This document shows, in pieces, positions 18,315 to 28,198 of a stretch of 64,000 nt of DNA (positions are counted from its first letter, which is position 1; every line of letters begins with the position of its first letter). Location: NCBI GenBank assembly GCA_036787835.1, contig DAIQON010000004.1, positions 3,204-67,203 of the forward strand, given 5' to 3'. The translations under genes and the position numbers were made by a program. This stretch comes from Candidatus Saccharimonadota bacterium (GTDB taxonomy: Bacteria; Patescibacteriota; Saccharimonadia; Saccharimonadales; UBA4665). The notes beneath the pieces are model-generated. The model did no database searches. It saw only the letters and a list, made by a program, of their open reading frames with translations, and was not told the DNA's origin.

Positions 18315-19532
18315 ATGAGCCGTTTTCTATCTCAAGCATTAGCCGCCGACGAACCTCACTTTAGTCGTGGCATAAGTGAGCTAGAAAAGGCTAACGGCGC
18401 ACCGAGACATGATATCCGCCTAGTTAGTGATATATCGCTAAAACTAAAACGGTCTATTGAATACCTAGGTCTAGATCCTAATGACACAACCAATGAAGAG
18501 CTATACCATGCCCTAAATGAAAAACTAAAGACAGACGATAATAAGCTACTTAAAGAGCTCCGGACGCTAGCTGCCAAGAATGTTAACCTCGAGGCTAACC
18601 TAAGCGATGGTATCAAACAATTACTCGATCTAATGGATATTAAGCAACAGGTATTTAGCTTAAAGTCATCGAGTTTTAAGAAGATACTAAAGTCGACTCC
18701 GCCAAAAAAAGTGATGAAGTCACTAGGCTATAGGTCGCTAGACTCGCTTACGAAGCATGAGTCACCAGCGCTGATCGTTCTAGCAATTAATAAATTTGAG
18801 ACTAAAACCTACGTCAGGTCATATTACCAAAAGTATTTAAAGCTAAAATCTACTGATTTTGAAACAAAAAAGTTATCTGTGGTCGAGCCTAAATCTAGCA
18901 AATGGGCAGAAATACTAAAGTCAATCAAACTTAGTACCGGCTATATCCATATCAGTTGCTATGAACTCGGCAGCCTAATAGTCCTACCTGAAGTTAATTT
19001 GCCTAAAAAAGGCCAACTTACAGCCAATCTTGTACAGATACTTAGTGAACTATCTAAAATAGCCTCTACTTCAAACTATCTTAAGCTCAACCAAGTGACA
19101 GCCGATTTTGGCTTGAAAGTATACGACGTTGCCGAACATGAACCCTTTGTCAGTCTTAGTATTTTAAGTAAACCAATCCCCTGGCATTTAGCTCAATCAG
19201 TAATTGCTACTAGGATTGAAGACATCGACCTGCCTCAGTTTAGTGGCGATGAGTTAGGATTTTCAAAACTTCTAGATAAGCTAGGCGACGTAGTTAGCGA
19301 TCTTAAGTTTTGGCAATCAACTGAGTACTTAGCCCTAGTAAGTAAAGGCGATACGATCTCATTAAATATTCTTGACGTTGCCGACAACCTATCTAACGAA
19401 CTTAGTTATCAAACGAGACGACTAACCAATTTTAGAAATAGTCTATGGCAAGAACTAATGGGCCGTTATATCAATCCTGATCTGACAGTCGATAGCCTAG
19501 TCCCGGCTATAGAGATGGCAATAGATGTTTAA
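18315..19532 (+). CDS. hypothetical protein (405 aa, soluble, Lys/Leu-rich)
   Basis: Long uninterrupted ORF with host-like composition. I recognise no motif. Confidence 0.6.
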   Translation: MSRFLSQALAADEPHFSRGISELEKANGAPRHDIRLVSDISLKLKRSIEYLGLDPNDTTNEELYHALNEKLKTDDNKLLKELRTLAAKNVNLEANLSDGIKQLLDLMDIKQQVFSLKSSSFKKILKSTPPKKVMKSLGYRSLDSLTKHESPALIVLAINKFETKTYVRSYYQKYLKLKSTDFETKKLSVVEPKSSKWAEILKSIKLSTGYIHISCYELGSLIVLPEVNLPKKGQLTANLVQILSELSKIASTSNYLKLNQVTADFGLKVYDVAEHEPFVSLSILSKPIPWHLAQSVIATRIEDIDLPQFSGDELGFSKLLDKLGDVVSDLKFWQSTEYLALVSKGDTISLNILDVADNLSNELSYQTRRLTNFRNSLWQELMGRYINPDLTVDSLVPAIEMAIDV

Positions 19533-19578
19533 AAATCGTATGAAAATATAAGCATAAGCAAGGTATACTGTAAATCAT

Positions 19579-20145
19579 ATGTATCAATTTTCCATATCTG
19601 GTGCCGCTAAAGGCGAAAGTGTTGAAGAAGGACAAAAACTAGCACACGAACTTGGCGCAGCCTTAGCTCGGGCTGGACATAGTCTTTTAACTGGTGCTAC
19701 GCAAGGTTTGCCTAACTATGCAGCAGAAGGTTATAAAAAGGCTGGTGGCAAAATGAGCGTCGGTATTAGCCCCGCGGCGACTAAGGTCGAACATATATTG
19801 AAGTACCGCTTACCGACTAAGGCTTATGACACCATTTTATATAGTGGCCTGCACTATGTCGGTCGTGACATGCTACTTATTACTTCAAGCGACGCAGTAC
19901 TGAGTATTGGCGGTAGGTTAGGGACTCTACACGAATTTACTATTGCCATGGAAACCGATACGCCAATAGGCTTTTTGCACGGTGCTGGTGGTGTTGGTGA
20001 TGAGATAGACCGCTTACTTGACCTATCGAGACCAATTAGATCTACAGCTTATGTTGACTTTAGCGACTCACCAGACGACATCGTAGCTAAACTTAGCAGA
20101 CATCTGGACATTGTTCACTCTAAATATAAGAATCTATATCTCTGA
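19579..20145 (+). CDS. TIGR00725/LOG-like (SLOG superfamily) Rossmann protein
   Basis: 188 aa. The pattern ISGAA.G ... LLTGATQGLP ... ISP ... IGGRLGTLHEF resembles the TIGR00725 / lysine-decarboxylase-like family. Confidence 0.6.
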   Translation: MYQFSISGAAKGESVEEGQKLAHELGAALARAGHSLLTGATQGLPNYAAEGYKKAGGKMSVGISPAATKVEHILKYRLPTKAYDTILYSGLHYVGRDMLLITSSDAVLSIGGRLGTLHEFTIAMETDTPIGFLHGAGGVGDEIDRLLDLSRPIRSTAYVDFSDSPDDIVAKLSRHLDIVHSKYKNLYL

Positions 20146-20166
20146 GCGCTGGCAGCAACGATTTCT

Positions 20167-20195
20167 TTGTTAGACTAAACATTTGTCTATAGAAT
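20167..20195 (+). promoter_or_regulatory. putative uvrB promoter, TTGTTA-17-TAGAAT, -10 ends 7 nt before the ATG
   Basis: Seen directly; no SD before ATG 20203. Confidence 0.45.
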
Positions 20196-20202
20196 TAGAT
20201 AT

Positions 20203-22167
20203 ATGGGACTATTTGATCTTCGGAGTAACTATAAACCTACTGGTGATCAGCCTACGGCTATCGATACGCTAGTTAAGGGCTTACGCGCCGGCCAAGCAGA
20301 GCAGACCTTGCTAGGAGTCACTGGCTCTGGTAAGACTTTCACTATGGCCAACGTCATTAAACACTATAATAAGCCGACACTAGTTCTTAGCCACAATAAG
20401 ACCCTCGCTGCACAGCTTTATAGTGAGTTCAAAGGCTTCTTCCCGGAGAATGCGGTTAATTACTTCGTCAGCTACTTCGATTACTATCAGCCAGAAGCCT
20501 ATATTGCTAGATCAGATACCTACATAGAAAAAGATTCACAGATTAATGAGGAGATAGATCGGCTGCGCCATGCCGCCACCGACTCACTGCTCTCACGCCG
20601 TGACGTAATAATAGTCGCTAGTGTTAGCTGTATCTATGGTATTGGCTCGGTTGAAGACTATAATGACCTATCGATTACTGTAACTGTTGGTGAGCGTAAA
20701 GTTAGAGACAAGTTTTTACGCCAACTAACAGATATTCAGTATCAACGTAATGACATCGACTTTCACCGGAGTACTTTTAGAGTCCGTGGTGATGTGGTGG
20801 ACGTCTTCCCGGCAGGTGAAGAAGTAGCCTATAGAGTCGAGTTTTATGGAGATGAAGTCGAGAAGATAACTAAACTTGATCCACTAACTGGCGAAGTACT
20901 AAAGAACCTATCAACTTATAAGATCTTTCCCGGTTCACACTATGTCACACCGCAGACAAAACTAAAACTTGCCTTAGGACAGATTGAAAATGAACTTAAT
21001 GGCAGGCTCAAAGAGTTTAAGAAGAACGGTCAGCTACTCGAGGCACAAAGACTAGAACAGCGAACACGCTTTGATTTAGAAATGATGGAGGAGACCGGCT
21101 TCGTAAAAGGTATTGAGAATTATTCAAGGTACTTAACAAACCGAGAACCAGGCGAACAACCGGCTACCTTAATGGACTATTTTCCTGATGACTACTTACT
21201 TCTAGTCGATGAAAGCCATATGACGATGCCGCAAATTAGAGGTATGTATAACGGTGATAGAGCCAGGAAAGAAGTACTTGTAGATTACGGCTTTAGGCTC
21301 CCTAGTGCCCTCGACAACAGGCCGCTTACATTTAGCGAGTTCGAGAGACATGTAAATAAAGCGATCTATGTTAGTGCAACTCCAGCAGAATATGAGCTAA
21401 GTCGCAGTCCAAAACCTGCCGAACAAGTCATTAGGCCGACAGGGCTACTAGACCCGCCGATAACAATCCGGCCAATTGAAGGTCAAATTGATGATCTATT
21501 GGCTGAAATTAAAGCCACAACCGCCAAGCATCAACGAGTGCTAATTACTACTTTAACTAAGCGCATGAGTGAAGATTTGGCTGAATACCTTAAGGAGCTA
21601 AAGATTAAGGTTGCCTATCTACATAGCGATGTCGACACCCTAGATCGAACCGACGTACTAAGGGACTTGCGGCTTGGTGTTTACGACGTTGTGGTCGGAA
21701 TTAACTTGCTTAGAGAAGGGCTTGATTTACCTGAAGTATCACTAGTAGCCATACTAGATGCCGACAAAGAAGGTTTTTTACGAAGTGCCCAGGCTTTGAT
21801 CCAGACTATTGGACGAGCAGCCAGACACATAGACGGCCGAGTAATAATGTATGCCGACCATGTAACTAAAAGTATGCAAAAGGCTATGGATGAAACGGAT
21901 AGACGACGAGAAATTCAAGATCAGTACAATAAAGACCACCGGATCACACCAACAGGCATTATTAAGTCAGTCGAAAAAGGTATGCGTCCTGACCTACCCG
22001 AAGAAGCCAAACGGGCAAAACTTGATCTTAAGAAAATACCTAAGGATGAATATGGCTCTTTAATTAAAGACCTGAGTAGACAAATGGATCTAGCATCAGC
22101 CAATCTCCAATTCGAAACAGCAGCCGAACTGAGAGACATAATTAGCGACATCAAGGCCAAACAATAA
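20203..22167 (+). CDS. uvrB: excinuclease ABC subunit B
   Basis: 654 aa with GVTGSGKT Walker A, DESH box, beta-hairpin region and C-terminal UVR domain (FETAAELRD). Confidence 0.97.
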   Translation: MGLFDLRSNYKPTGDQPTAIDTLVKGLRAGQAEQTLLGVTGSGKTFTMANVIKHYNKPTLVLSHNKTLAAQLYSEFKGFFPENAVNYFVSYFDYYQPEAYIARSDTYIEKDSQINEEIDRLRHAATDSLLSRRDVIIVASVSCIYGIGSVEDYNDLSITVTVGERKVRDKFLRQLTDIQYQRNDIDFHRSTFRVRGDVVDVFPAGEEVAYRVEFYGDEVEKITKLDPLTGEVLKNLSTYKIFPGSHYVTPQTKLKLALGQIENELNGRLKEFKKNGQLLEAQRLEQRTRFDLEMMEETGFVKGIENYSRYLTNREPGEQPATLMDYFPDDYLLLVDESHMTMPQIRGMYNGDRARKEVLVDYGFRLPSALDNRPLTFSEFERHVNKAIYVSATPAEYELSRSPKPAEQVIRPTGLLDPPITIRPIEGQIDDLLAEIKATTAKHQRVLITTLTKRMSEDLAEYLKELKIKVAYLHSDVDTLDRTDVLRDLRLGVYDVVVGINLLREGLDLPEVSLVAILDADKEGFLRSAQALIQTIGRAARHIDGRVIMYADHVTKSMQKAMDETDRRREIQDQYNKDHRITPTGIIKSVEKGMRPDLPEEAKRAKLDLKKIPKDEYGSLIKDLSRQMDLASANLQFETAAELRDIISDIKAKQ

Positions 22168-22240
22168 ATAGTCTCTATAGACAAAACTTACACGATATTG
22201 TATGATCGTCTAATTAAGCGAATCGATTCGGAGTAGATAA

Positions 22241-22771
22241 ATGTCACACAGCCCTGAGGGCAGAGCAGTCCAAGTCAATAGAAGTCTAGATAGTGACTCA
22301 TTAGGGCAAATTGGTGCAGCCTACGATGTAAGAAACGAATTTGTGGAGCGAGAGCACACACTTACGTCAGCTGTTTCACATGTTATATCTACTGTAGGTA
22401 GCGAAGAAGTTACCCAATATTACGTTAAAAGTAAAATTATACCTATGCCCATTGATCCGGAAACAAGTGATGGCATAAGCTTCTACGGCGTAAGGTTGGT
22501 TCAAGAGTTTATGCCTGATGACCCATTCCACGTCCGTAAAAATAGAATAGTCTACGTTGAATATAGCGAGGACGGTGATATCGACGAAAGAGTCGTTGGC
22601 ATCAGAGATTCATTCGATTTTTGTACTAACGGTGCAGAGTTACAAAGCCCGGTAATAATACGCTCCATTCGAGAAATGGAAAATGATGATTGGTTTGCCA
22701 AACAAACAAAATTTGAAGAAGTGTTAGCCAGGATTGATGCCATTGTCGTGTTTGATTCAATACTTTCCTAA
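22241..22771 (+). CDS. hypothetical protein (176 aa, acidic, soluble)
   Basis: ORF with GGAG 6 nt upstream. No recognisable motif. Confidence 0.5.
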   Translation: MSHSPEGRAVQVNRSLDSDSLGQIGAAYDVRNEFVEREHTLTSAVSHVISTVGSEEVTQYYVKSKIIPMPIDPETSDGISFYGVRLVQEFMPDDPFHVRKNRIVYVEYSEDGDIDERVVGIRDSFDFCTNGAELQSPVIIRSIREMENDDWFAKQTKFEEVLARIDAIVVFDSILS

Positions 22772-22829
22772 ATCCAAAATATGTCGCTAGTAACGATCTG
22801 TTGAGACTGCTATAATTATCTAATCTAAT

Positions 22830-23126
22830 ATGGCAAGTACACTAACACGTGACGAGGTAATTAAGCTTGCTCACTTGGCGCGAATCGATATCGCTGAAAG
22901 TGAGATTGATGGTTATTTGCGAGAACTCACTCAGATACTTGAATACGTAAACCAACTCTCAGAAGTTGACGTTGACGGTCTTAAACCAACAAATCAGGTT
23001 ACCGGTTTATCTAATGTTTGGCGTGAAGATAAACCTATTGATTATGGCTACAAACTAGATGCGCTACTTCAAAACGTACCAGAGGTAAGCGGCAAATATA
23101 TTAAAGTCAATCGGATGATAGAATAG
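22830..23126 (+). CDS. gatC: Asp/Glu-tRNA amidotransferase subunit C
   Basis: 98 aa. LARIDI...E......L..IL.YV..L family pattern. Directly precedes gatA. Confidence 0.9.
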   Translation: MASTLTRDEVIKLAHLARIDIAESEIDGYLRELTQILEYVNQLSEVDVDGLKPTNQVTGLSNVWREDKPIDYGYKLDALLQNVPEVSGKYIKVNRMIE

Positions 23127-24553
23127 TGTCTTGGCCATCCATTAAAAGTATCGCAAACGATGTTAATAGTGGTAAAACAACTGCCAAAAGCCTTGTTGAT
23201 CAGGCTCTAAAGAATATTGAATCAAGTAGCGATTACGACGCCATTATTAGCGTTATCAAAGAAAGAGCTTACGCCCGAGCTGAGGAAATTGACGCTCAAG
23301 TCAAAAGCGGTAAACAAGCTGGCAAACTAGCCGGCGTACCATTTATTGCTAAAGATAACTTCCTCGTGTTTGGCAACAAAACTACAGCCGCCAGCAATAT
23401 GTTGAAAGATTTCGACGCACCATATCAATCAACTGCTATAAACCGCCTAGAGGCTGAAGGAGCTATTTGTGTTGGTAAGTCGAACTTAGATGCATTTGGA
23501 CACGGATCGAGCACCGAAAATAGCGACTTCATGATTACCAAGAATCCACATGATGTAACTCGAGTACCAGGCGGAAGCTCTGGCGGATCGGCTGCTAGTA
23601 TATCCCTACAGTTGGTACCCTTTAGTATAGCGACGGATACGGGTGGCTCAATACGTATGCCGGCTAGTTTCTGTGGAGTTGTCGGTTTTAAGCCAACCTA
23701 CGGGCTAGTCAGCCGTTCTGGTGTGATTGCTATGATCAGTAGCACGGACACGCTCGGCCCAATAGCTAACAATGTTGAAGATGCCTCATTAGTTATCGAG
23801 GTAATGAGCGGTAAGGACGAGCTGGATTCAACGACGATTGACTTAGACGATAACAACATTGCATCACTCGATGCTCCACTACCACATCCTAGGATTGGTA
23901 TTATTAAGGAATATCTAGATCAAGGCCTAGAACCCGACGTTAAGGCCAATATAGAATCAGTCATTGCCAAGCTAAAAGATTCTGGAGCAGAAATTGAAGA
24001 AGTTAGTATACCTAGCCTCCCTCTGTCTTTGGCTGTTTACTATGTACTATGCCCGGCCGAAGTCGCTAGTAATCTTAGTAGGTATGATGGTCAGAAGTTT
24101 GGTTATCATGAAAAAGACGCTAAGAACTTAGAAGAAAGCTACAAAAAATCTCGTAGCAATGGTTTTGGCAAAGAAGCTAAACGTCGAATTATGATTGGTA
24201 CCTACGTTCTTAGCAGTGGTTACTACGATGCTTATTATAAAAAAGCGCAGATCATTCGAACTAAAATTATCGACGAGTTTAATCAGACGTTTAAAAAGTA
24301 CGACTTTTTAATTGGTCCGACAACGGCTACCACAGCCTTTAAGATAGGTGAGCATTCTAGCGACCCCTTGTCTATGTACTTAACTGATATAATGACTGTA
24401 GCTGTTAATCTCGCTGGAATTCCGGCTATAAGTTTACCCTCGGGCTTTGATTCTAAACATTTACCGTTGGCTGTCCAATTAATGGCTCCTCAAAGACAAG
24501 ATAAGAAGCTGCTCAGCTACGCTAAACAAATAGAAGGACTAATAGTCAAATAA
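23126..24553 (+). CDS. gatA: Asp/Glu-tRNA amidotransferase subunit A
   Basis: 475 aa with amidase signature GGSSGGSAA ... TDTGGSIR. The GTG start overlaps the gatC TAG. Confidence 0.95.
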   Translation: MSWPSIKSIANDVNSGKTTAKSLVDQALKNIESSSDYDAIISVIKERAYARAEEIDAQVKSGKQAGKLAGVPFIAKDNFLVFGNKTTAASNMLKDFDAPYQSTAINRLEAEGAICVGKSNLDAFGHGSSTENSDFMITKNPHDVTRVPGGSSGGSAASISLQLVPFSIATDTGGSIRMPASFCGVVGFKPTYGLVSRSGVIAMISSTDTLGPIANNVEDASLVIEVMSGKDELDSTTIDLDDNNIASLDAPLPHPRIGIIKEYLDQGLEPDVKANIESVIAKLKDSGAEIEEVSIPSLPLSLAVYYVLCPAEVASNLSRYDGQKFGYHEKDAKNLEESYKKSRSNGFGKEAKRRIMIGTYVLSSGYYDAYYKKAQIIRTKIIDEFNQTFKKYDFLIGPTTATTAFKIGEHSSDPLSMYLTDIMTVAVNLAGIPAISLPSGFDSKHLPLAVQLMAPQRQDKKLLSYAKQIEGLIVK

Positions 24554-24555
24554 TT

Positions 24556-24990
24556 ATGGTAATTAAACTCGTAATTGCTGGTCTAATTTTAGCTCTAATT
24601 ATTGGATTGCTAGCCCGCAAGCTTCGCAAGAAGAAGCTAGATAGTCATTATTATCAGGTTAAGTGGCGAAACTTGCAGAAACTATGCTCCAATAAAAAGC
24701 TTTGGTACCAGGCGATTGTCGATGCCGATGAGCTGCTCGATGAAGCATTGAAGAAAAGGAGATTCCACGGCAAAACCACTGGTGAGCGACTAGTTTCAGC
24801 CCAACGCGTATTTACCGATAATGATGGTGTATGGTTTGGTCACAAGCTGAAAAAGCGTATTGCCGAAGAAAACTATAAACGGCTTAATAAAGGCGATACA
24901 CTTGAAGCCTTATCTGGCTTCAGACAAGCCCTAAAAGATATTGGTGCGCTAAAAAACGAAGCTAAATCAGGAGTAGCGGATGAAGACTAA
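24556..24990 (+). CDS. single-pass membrane protein, unknown function (between gatA and gatB)
   Basis: 144 aa with an N-terminal hydrophobic helix followed by RKLRKKK and a basic soluble domain. Starts 2 nt after the gatA stop; its end overlaps the gatB start by 11 nt. Confidence 0.6.
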   Translation: MVIKLVIAGLILALIIGLLARKLRKKKLDSHYYQVKWRNLQKLCSNKKLWYQAIVDADELLDEALKKRRFHGKTTGERLVSAQRVFTDNDGVWFGHKLKKRIAEENYKRLNKGDTLEALSGFRQALKDIGALKNEAKSGVADED

Positions 24991-26464
24991 TCATGAGCTA
25001 CACCCAGAATATAAGCTAACTGTTGGTATCGAGTGTCATGTTCAGTTTAAAACCAAGTCTAAGTTATTCTCAGGAGCCGATAACGATGCTCGAGAGGCCG
25101 AGTCAAATACATTGGTCAATCATATCGATTTTGGACTGCCTGGTGCACTACCTGTACTTAATAAGGAAGCGATAAACCTGGCGATTAAAGCAGGTTATGC
25201 CCTAAACTCAAGAGCTCAAGCCTTTTCAAAGTTTGACCGTAAACATTATTTTTATCCAGATCTACCAATGGGCTACCAGATAACTCAGTTTGATGAACCA
25301 ATAATTATCGGTGGCTACGTTGAATTCTACTTAGATGGCGAACTTAAGCGAATTAATCTAACCAGAGCTCATTTGGAAGCCGATGCCGGCAAGAGCATAC
25401 ATCCAGGCGGCACCGATTATAGTCTAGTCGACCTTAACCGTGCTGGTACACCACTACTGGAGATTGTGTCCGAACCAGAAATTCATACACCGGCTGAAGC
25501 TCGTGGTTATGCCAGTGAGCTCTACATGCTTATGAGGTATGCCGACGTGTCTGATGCAAATTTGTTTTATGGTAATATGCGCTTCGACGTTAACGTCAGC
25601 GTCTCTACAACTGAAGAATTAGGCACCCGGACAGAGACTAAGAACTTAAATAGCTTCAGAGCGGTTGAAAAGACCGTTGAGTACGAACTTAACAGACAGA
25701 TAGGTTGCTTGGAAGATGGCGAGAAGATCATCCAGGAAACCAGAGGCTGGGACGACTCAAAAAATCAGACTTACTCAATGAGATCAAAAGAGAACGCCGA
25801 TGACTATCGCTACATGCCAGATCCTGACCTGCCACCAGTTATCTTAAGCGACGAATATATAGACAATGTGCTTAAGTCTATGCCTAAAATGCCTGGTTAT
25901 TGGCGTCAGCAGTTAACTAAACTAGGACTTGACGAATCTATTGCTGACAGCATAATTTTAGCTGAAGTAGAGTACCTGACTAAGAACTTAGAGTATGTGA
26001 TAGCCAAATCTGAAGCTGGTGCCAAGGCATTAGCTAACTTAATAGTTAACATCGAGATCCCGCTACGTCGACAACAAGAAGAATCAAAGCAACCAAACAT
26101 TAGTTTATCTGATGCAGATAGACATAAGCTATACGATACGGTCTCGAGCCTTATCAGTGATAATAAGCTTAGTTCAAATACAGCAAAGGACTTGATCCTT
26201 AAACTGTTAGTTGCTTCCGAACTGCCTGATGATATTGAAAAATATGCCAGCAGCGAGGGCTTAATTCAGAATTCTAATCAAGATGAAATTTTACTAGCCG
26301 TACAAAAAGTAATAGCCGATAATCCTAAAGCGGCAGAAGATGTACGAAGCGGCGAGATGAAAGCAATTGGTTTCTTGGTAGGCAGTGTAATGAAATTGAC
26401 TGGCGGCAAGGCTAATCCAGGACTAGTTAATCAGTTAATAAAATCCGAACTTGGCCTATCTTAA
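24980..26464 (+). CDS. gatB: Asp/Glu-tRNA amidotransferase subunit B
   Basis: 494 aa with GIECHVQ, YFYPDLP and DLNRAGTPLLEIV motifs. AGGAG lies 6 nt upstream. Confidence 0.95.
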   Translation: MKTNHELHPEYKLTVGIECHVQFKTKSKLFSGADNDAREAESNTLVNHIDFGLPGALPVLNKEAINLAIKAGYALNSRAQAFSKFDRKHYFYPDLPMGYQITQFDEPIIIGGYVEFYLDGELKRINLTRAHLEADAGKSIHPGGTDYSLVDLNRAGTPLLEIVSEPEIHTPAEARGYASELYMLMRYADVSDANLFYGNMRFDVNVSVSTTEELGTRTETKNLNSFRAVEKTVEYELNRQIGCLEDGEKIIQETRGWDDSKNQTYSMRSKENADDYRYMPDPDLPPVILSDEYIDNVLKSMPKMPGYWRQQLTKLGLDESIADSIILAEVEYLTKNLEYVIAKSEAGAKALANLIVNIEIPLRRQQEESKQPNISLSDADRHKLYDTVSSLISDNKLSSNTAKDLILKLLVASELPDDIEKYASSEGLIQNSNQDEILLAVQKVIADNPKAAEDVRSGEMKAIGFLVGSVMKLTGGKANPGLVNQLIKSELGLS

Positions 26465-26514
26465 AAGGTAAAGCGGTCTTTTATTGATGCGTCCGCGATG
26501 TTAAGATTTAGGTA

Positions 26515-27417
26515 GTGAATAATGTATCAAACAAACCAATTACAAAAGCAGTTATAGCAGCTGCTGGTTTTGGCACCCGCTTTTTGCCTCAGACAAAGGC
26601 AATGCCTAAAGAAATGTTACCTCTTGTCGACAAGCCAATCATTCAATATGTTGTTGAAGAATTAGTTGCAGTTGGCGTCAAGGACATAATTATCGTTACC
26701 GGCTATTCAAAACGATCTATAGAAGACCATTTTGATCGACCAAGTGAAGACTTGCTGGCAAATCTAAGAGCCGGTGGACCAAAAAAAGCCCATCTCTTAA
26801 AACAGGTTGAATCAATAGCTGATCTAGCCAACTTTGTCTATGTCCGTCAAAAAGGGCCCTACGGCAATGCTACGCCACTTATCAACGTCGAACACCTGGT
26901 TAATAATGAACCATTTTTCTACACCTATAGCGACGACTTTTTCTCGGCTAATCCTCTTAGGTTCGATCAGATGCTGCAGGCTTACCATAAATTCAAATGT
27001 CCAATCCTAAGTACCGTAAAAGTAAGTAAGCCTAAAGATTATGATGGCTATGGTTTTGCCGGTGGGACTAAAATCGATGACAAGTACATCGATGTCGATG
27101 CAATTGTTGAAAAACCGGGCTACGGAAATGCTCCCTCCGATCAAGCAACTGTTAGCGGCTTTATACTAACCCCTGATATCTATAAATATATCCATGAATT
27201 TGAGAAACTACTCGAACCAGGTAAAGAGTTCTACGCAAACGATGCTCTTAAACTGATGATAAACGACAATAAAAGAGTTATTGCCTGTGAGATTCAGAAT
27301 GCTCAGTTCTTTGATGCGGGAGATAAACTAGGTTACCTGAAGGCCGTATTTGACTTCGCCATCAAGGACCCTGACCTTGGTCCAGCGCTTAAAGAGTATT
27401 TGACAAAAAAGTTATAG
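26515..27417 (+). CDS. galU: UTP--glucose-1-phosphate uridylyltransferase
   Basis: 300 aa with AAGFGTRFLPQTKAMPKEMLP and VEKP motifs. GTG start. Confidence 0.9.
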   Translation: MNNVSNKPITKAVIAAAGFGTRFLPQTKAMPKEMLPLVDKPIIQYVVEELVAVGVKDIIIVTGYSKRSIEDHFDRPSEDLLANLRAGGPKKAHLLKQVESIADLANFVYVRQKGPYGNATPLINVEHLVNNEPFFYTYSDDFFSANPLRFDQMLQAYHKFKCPILSTVKVSKPKDYDGYGFAGGTKIDDKYIDVDAIVEKPGYGNAPSDQATVSGFILTPDIYKYIHEFEKLLEPGKEFYANDALKLMINDNKRVIACEIQNAQFFDAGDKLGYLKAVFDFAIKDPDLGPALKEYLTKKL

Positions 27418-27436
27418 GAGTATAATAGATACTATT

Positions 27437-27703
27437 ATGACTACTACGACAGAAGTTGAGCTGTTTATCATCACCGTTGTGCTAAGTGTTTACTTTATTG
27501 CTATGACCGTTCTAGTGGTGTTTTTAATCAAGTTTGTCGTTCAGGCGCGAGTTATTGCCGCAAAAGCCGAGGCAGCCATCGATAGTATTGAATCCGCTGC
27601 TGAGAATTTAAAGCACTTAAGTAAGGCCTCAAAAAGCCACTTTCCATTACTAGCAGTACTCAAGAAAATGTACGATATGAGCGTAAAGGGAAAGGCGGAA
27701 TAA
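27437..27703 (+). CDS. small membrane protein, DUF948-like
   Basis: 88 aa with an N-terminal TM helix and then a helical Ala/Glu-rich tail. Pairing with a following YtxH-type gene is common in Gram-positive genomes. Confidence 0.5.
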   Translation: MTTTTEVELFIITVVLSVYFIAMTVLVVFLIKFVVQARVIAAKAEAAIDSIESAAENLKHLSKASKSHFPLLAVLKKMYDMSVKGKAE

Positions 27704-27707
27704 CACT

Positions 27708-28094
27708 ATGAGGGCAAGTAAAAAACTAATCGGTGGCGCAATAATTGGTTTAGCAGCTGGCTACGTTGCTGGAGTTCTAACTGCACCTAGTAGCGGAAAA
27801 GACACTCGAAAGAAGATTAAAGATACAGCCGATAAATCAATTGCCGAAATTGAGAAGCAACTTAAATCTGTATATAAGCAGTCTCAAGAGATGATAAAAA
27901 AAGTTCTAACTGATAATCATAAAATTAACGCAAAACTACAAGCAGCATTAGACGCTGTTGAAAAAAGCCAAGCTAAGATTAAGCGAATACTCAGTTCACT
28001 CCATGGCAATGATAATGTCGACGAAGACCTTACTCAAGCGATTAGCGAAGCCAAACAAGCGATGAAGCACCTTGGTGAATTTGTAAAAAAATAA
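27708..28094 (+). CDS. YtxH-domain protein
   Basis: 128 aa. N-terminal GGAIIGLAAGYVAGVLTAPSSGKDTRKKI is the YtxH signature. Confidence 0.65.
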   Translation: MRASKKLIGGAIIGLAAGYVAGVLTAPSSGKDTRKKIKDTADKSIAEIEKQLKSVYKQSQEMIKKVLTDNHKINAKLQAALDAVEKSQAKIKRILSSLHGNDNVDEDLTQAISEAKQAMKHLGEFVKK

Positions 28095-28198
28095 CTACTA
28101 AAACTAGATATTTTATGCTTGGCTTATGTACCTCATGCGCCTATAATTAAGCTATAAGTGGTAGGCAATAAAAATTGACAACTCGGAGGTGCTAAGAG

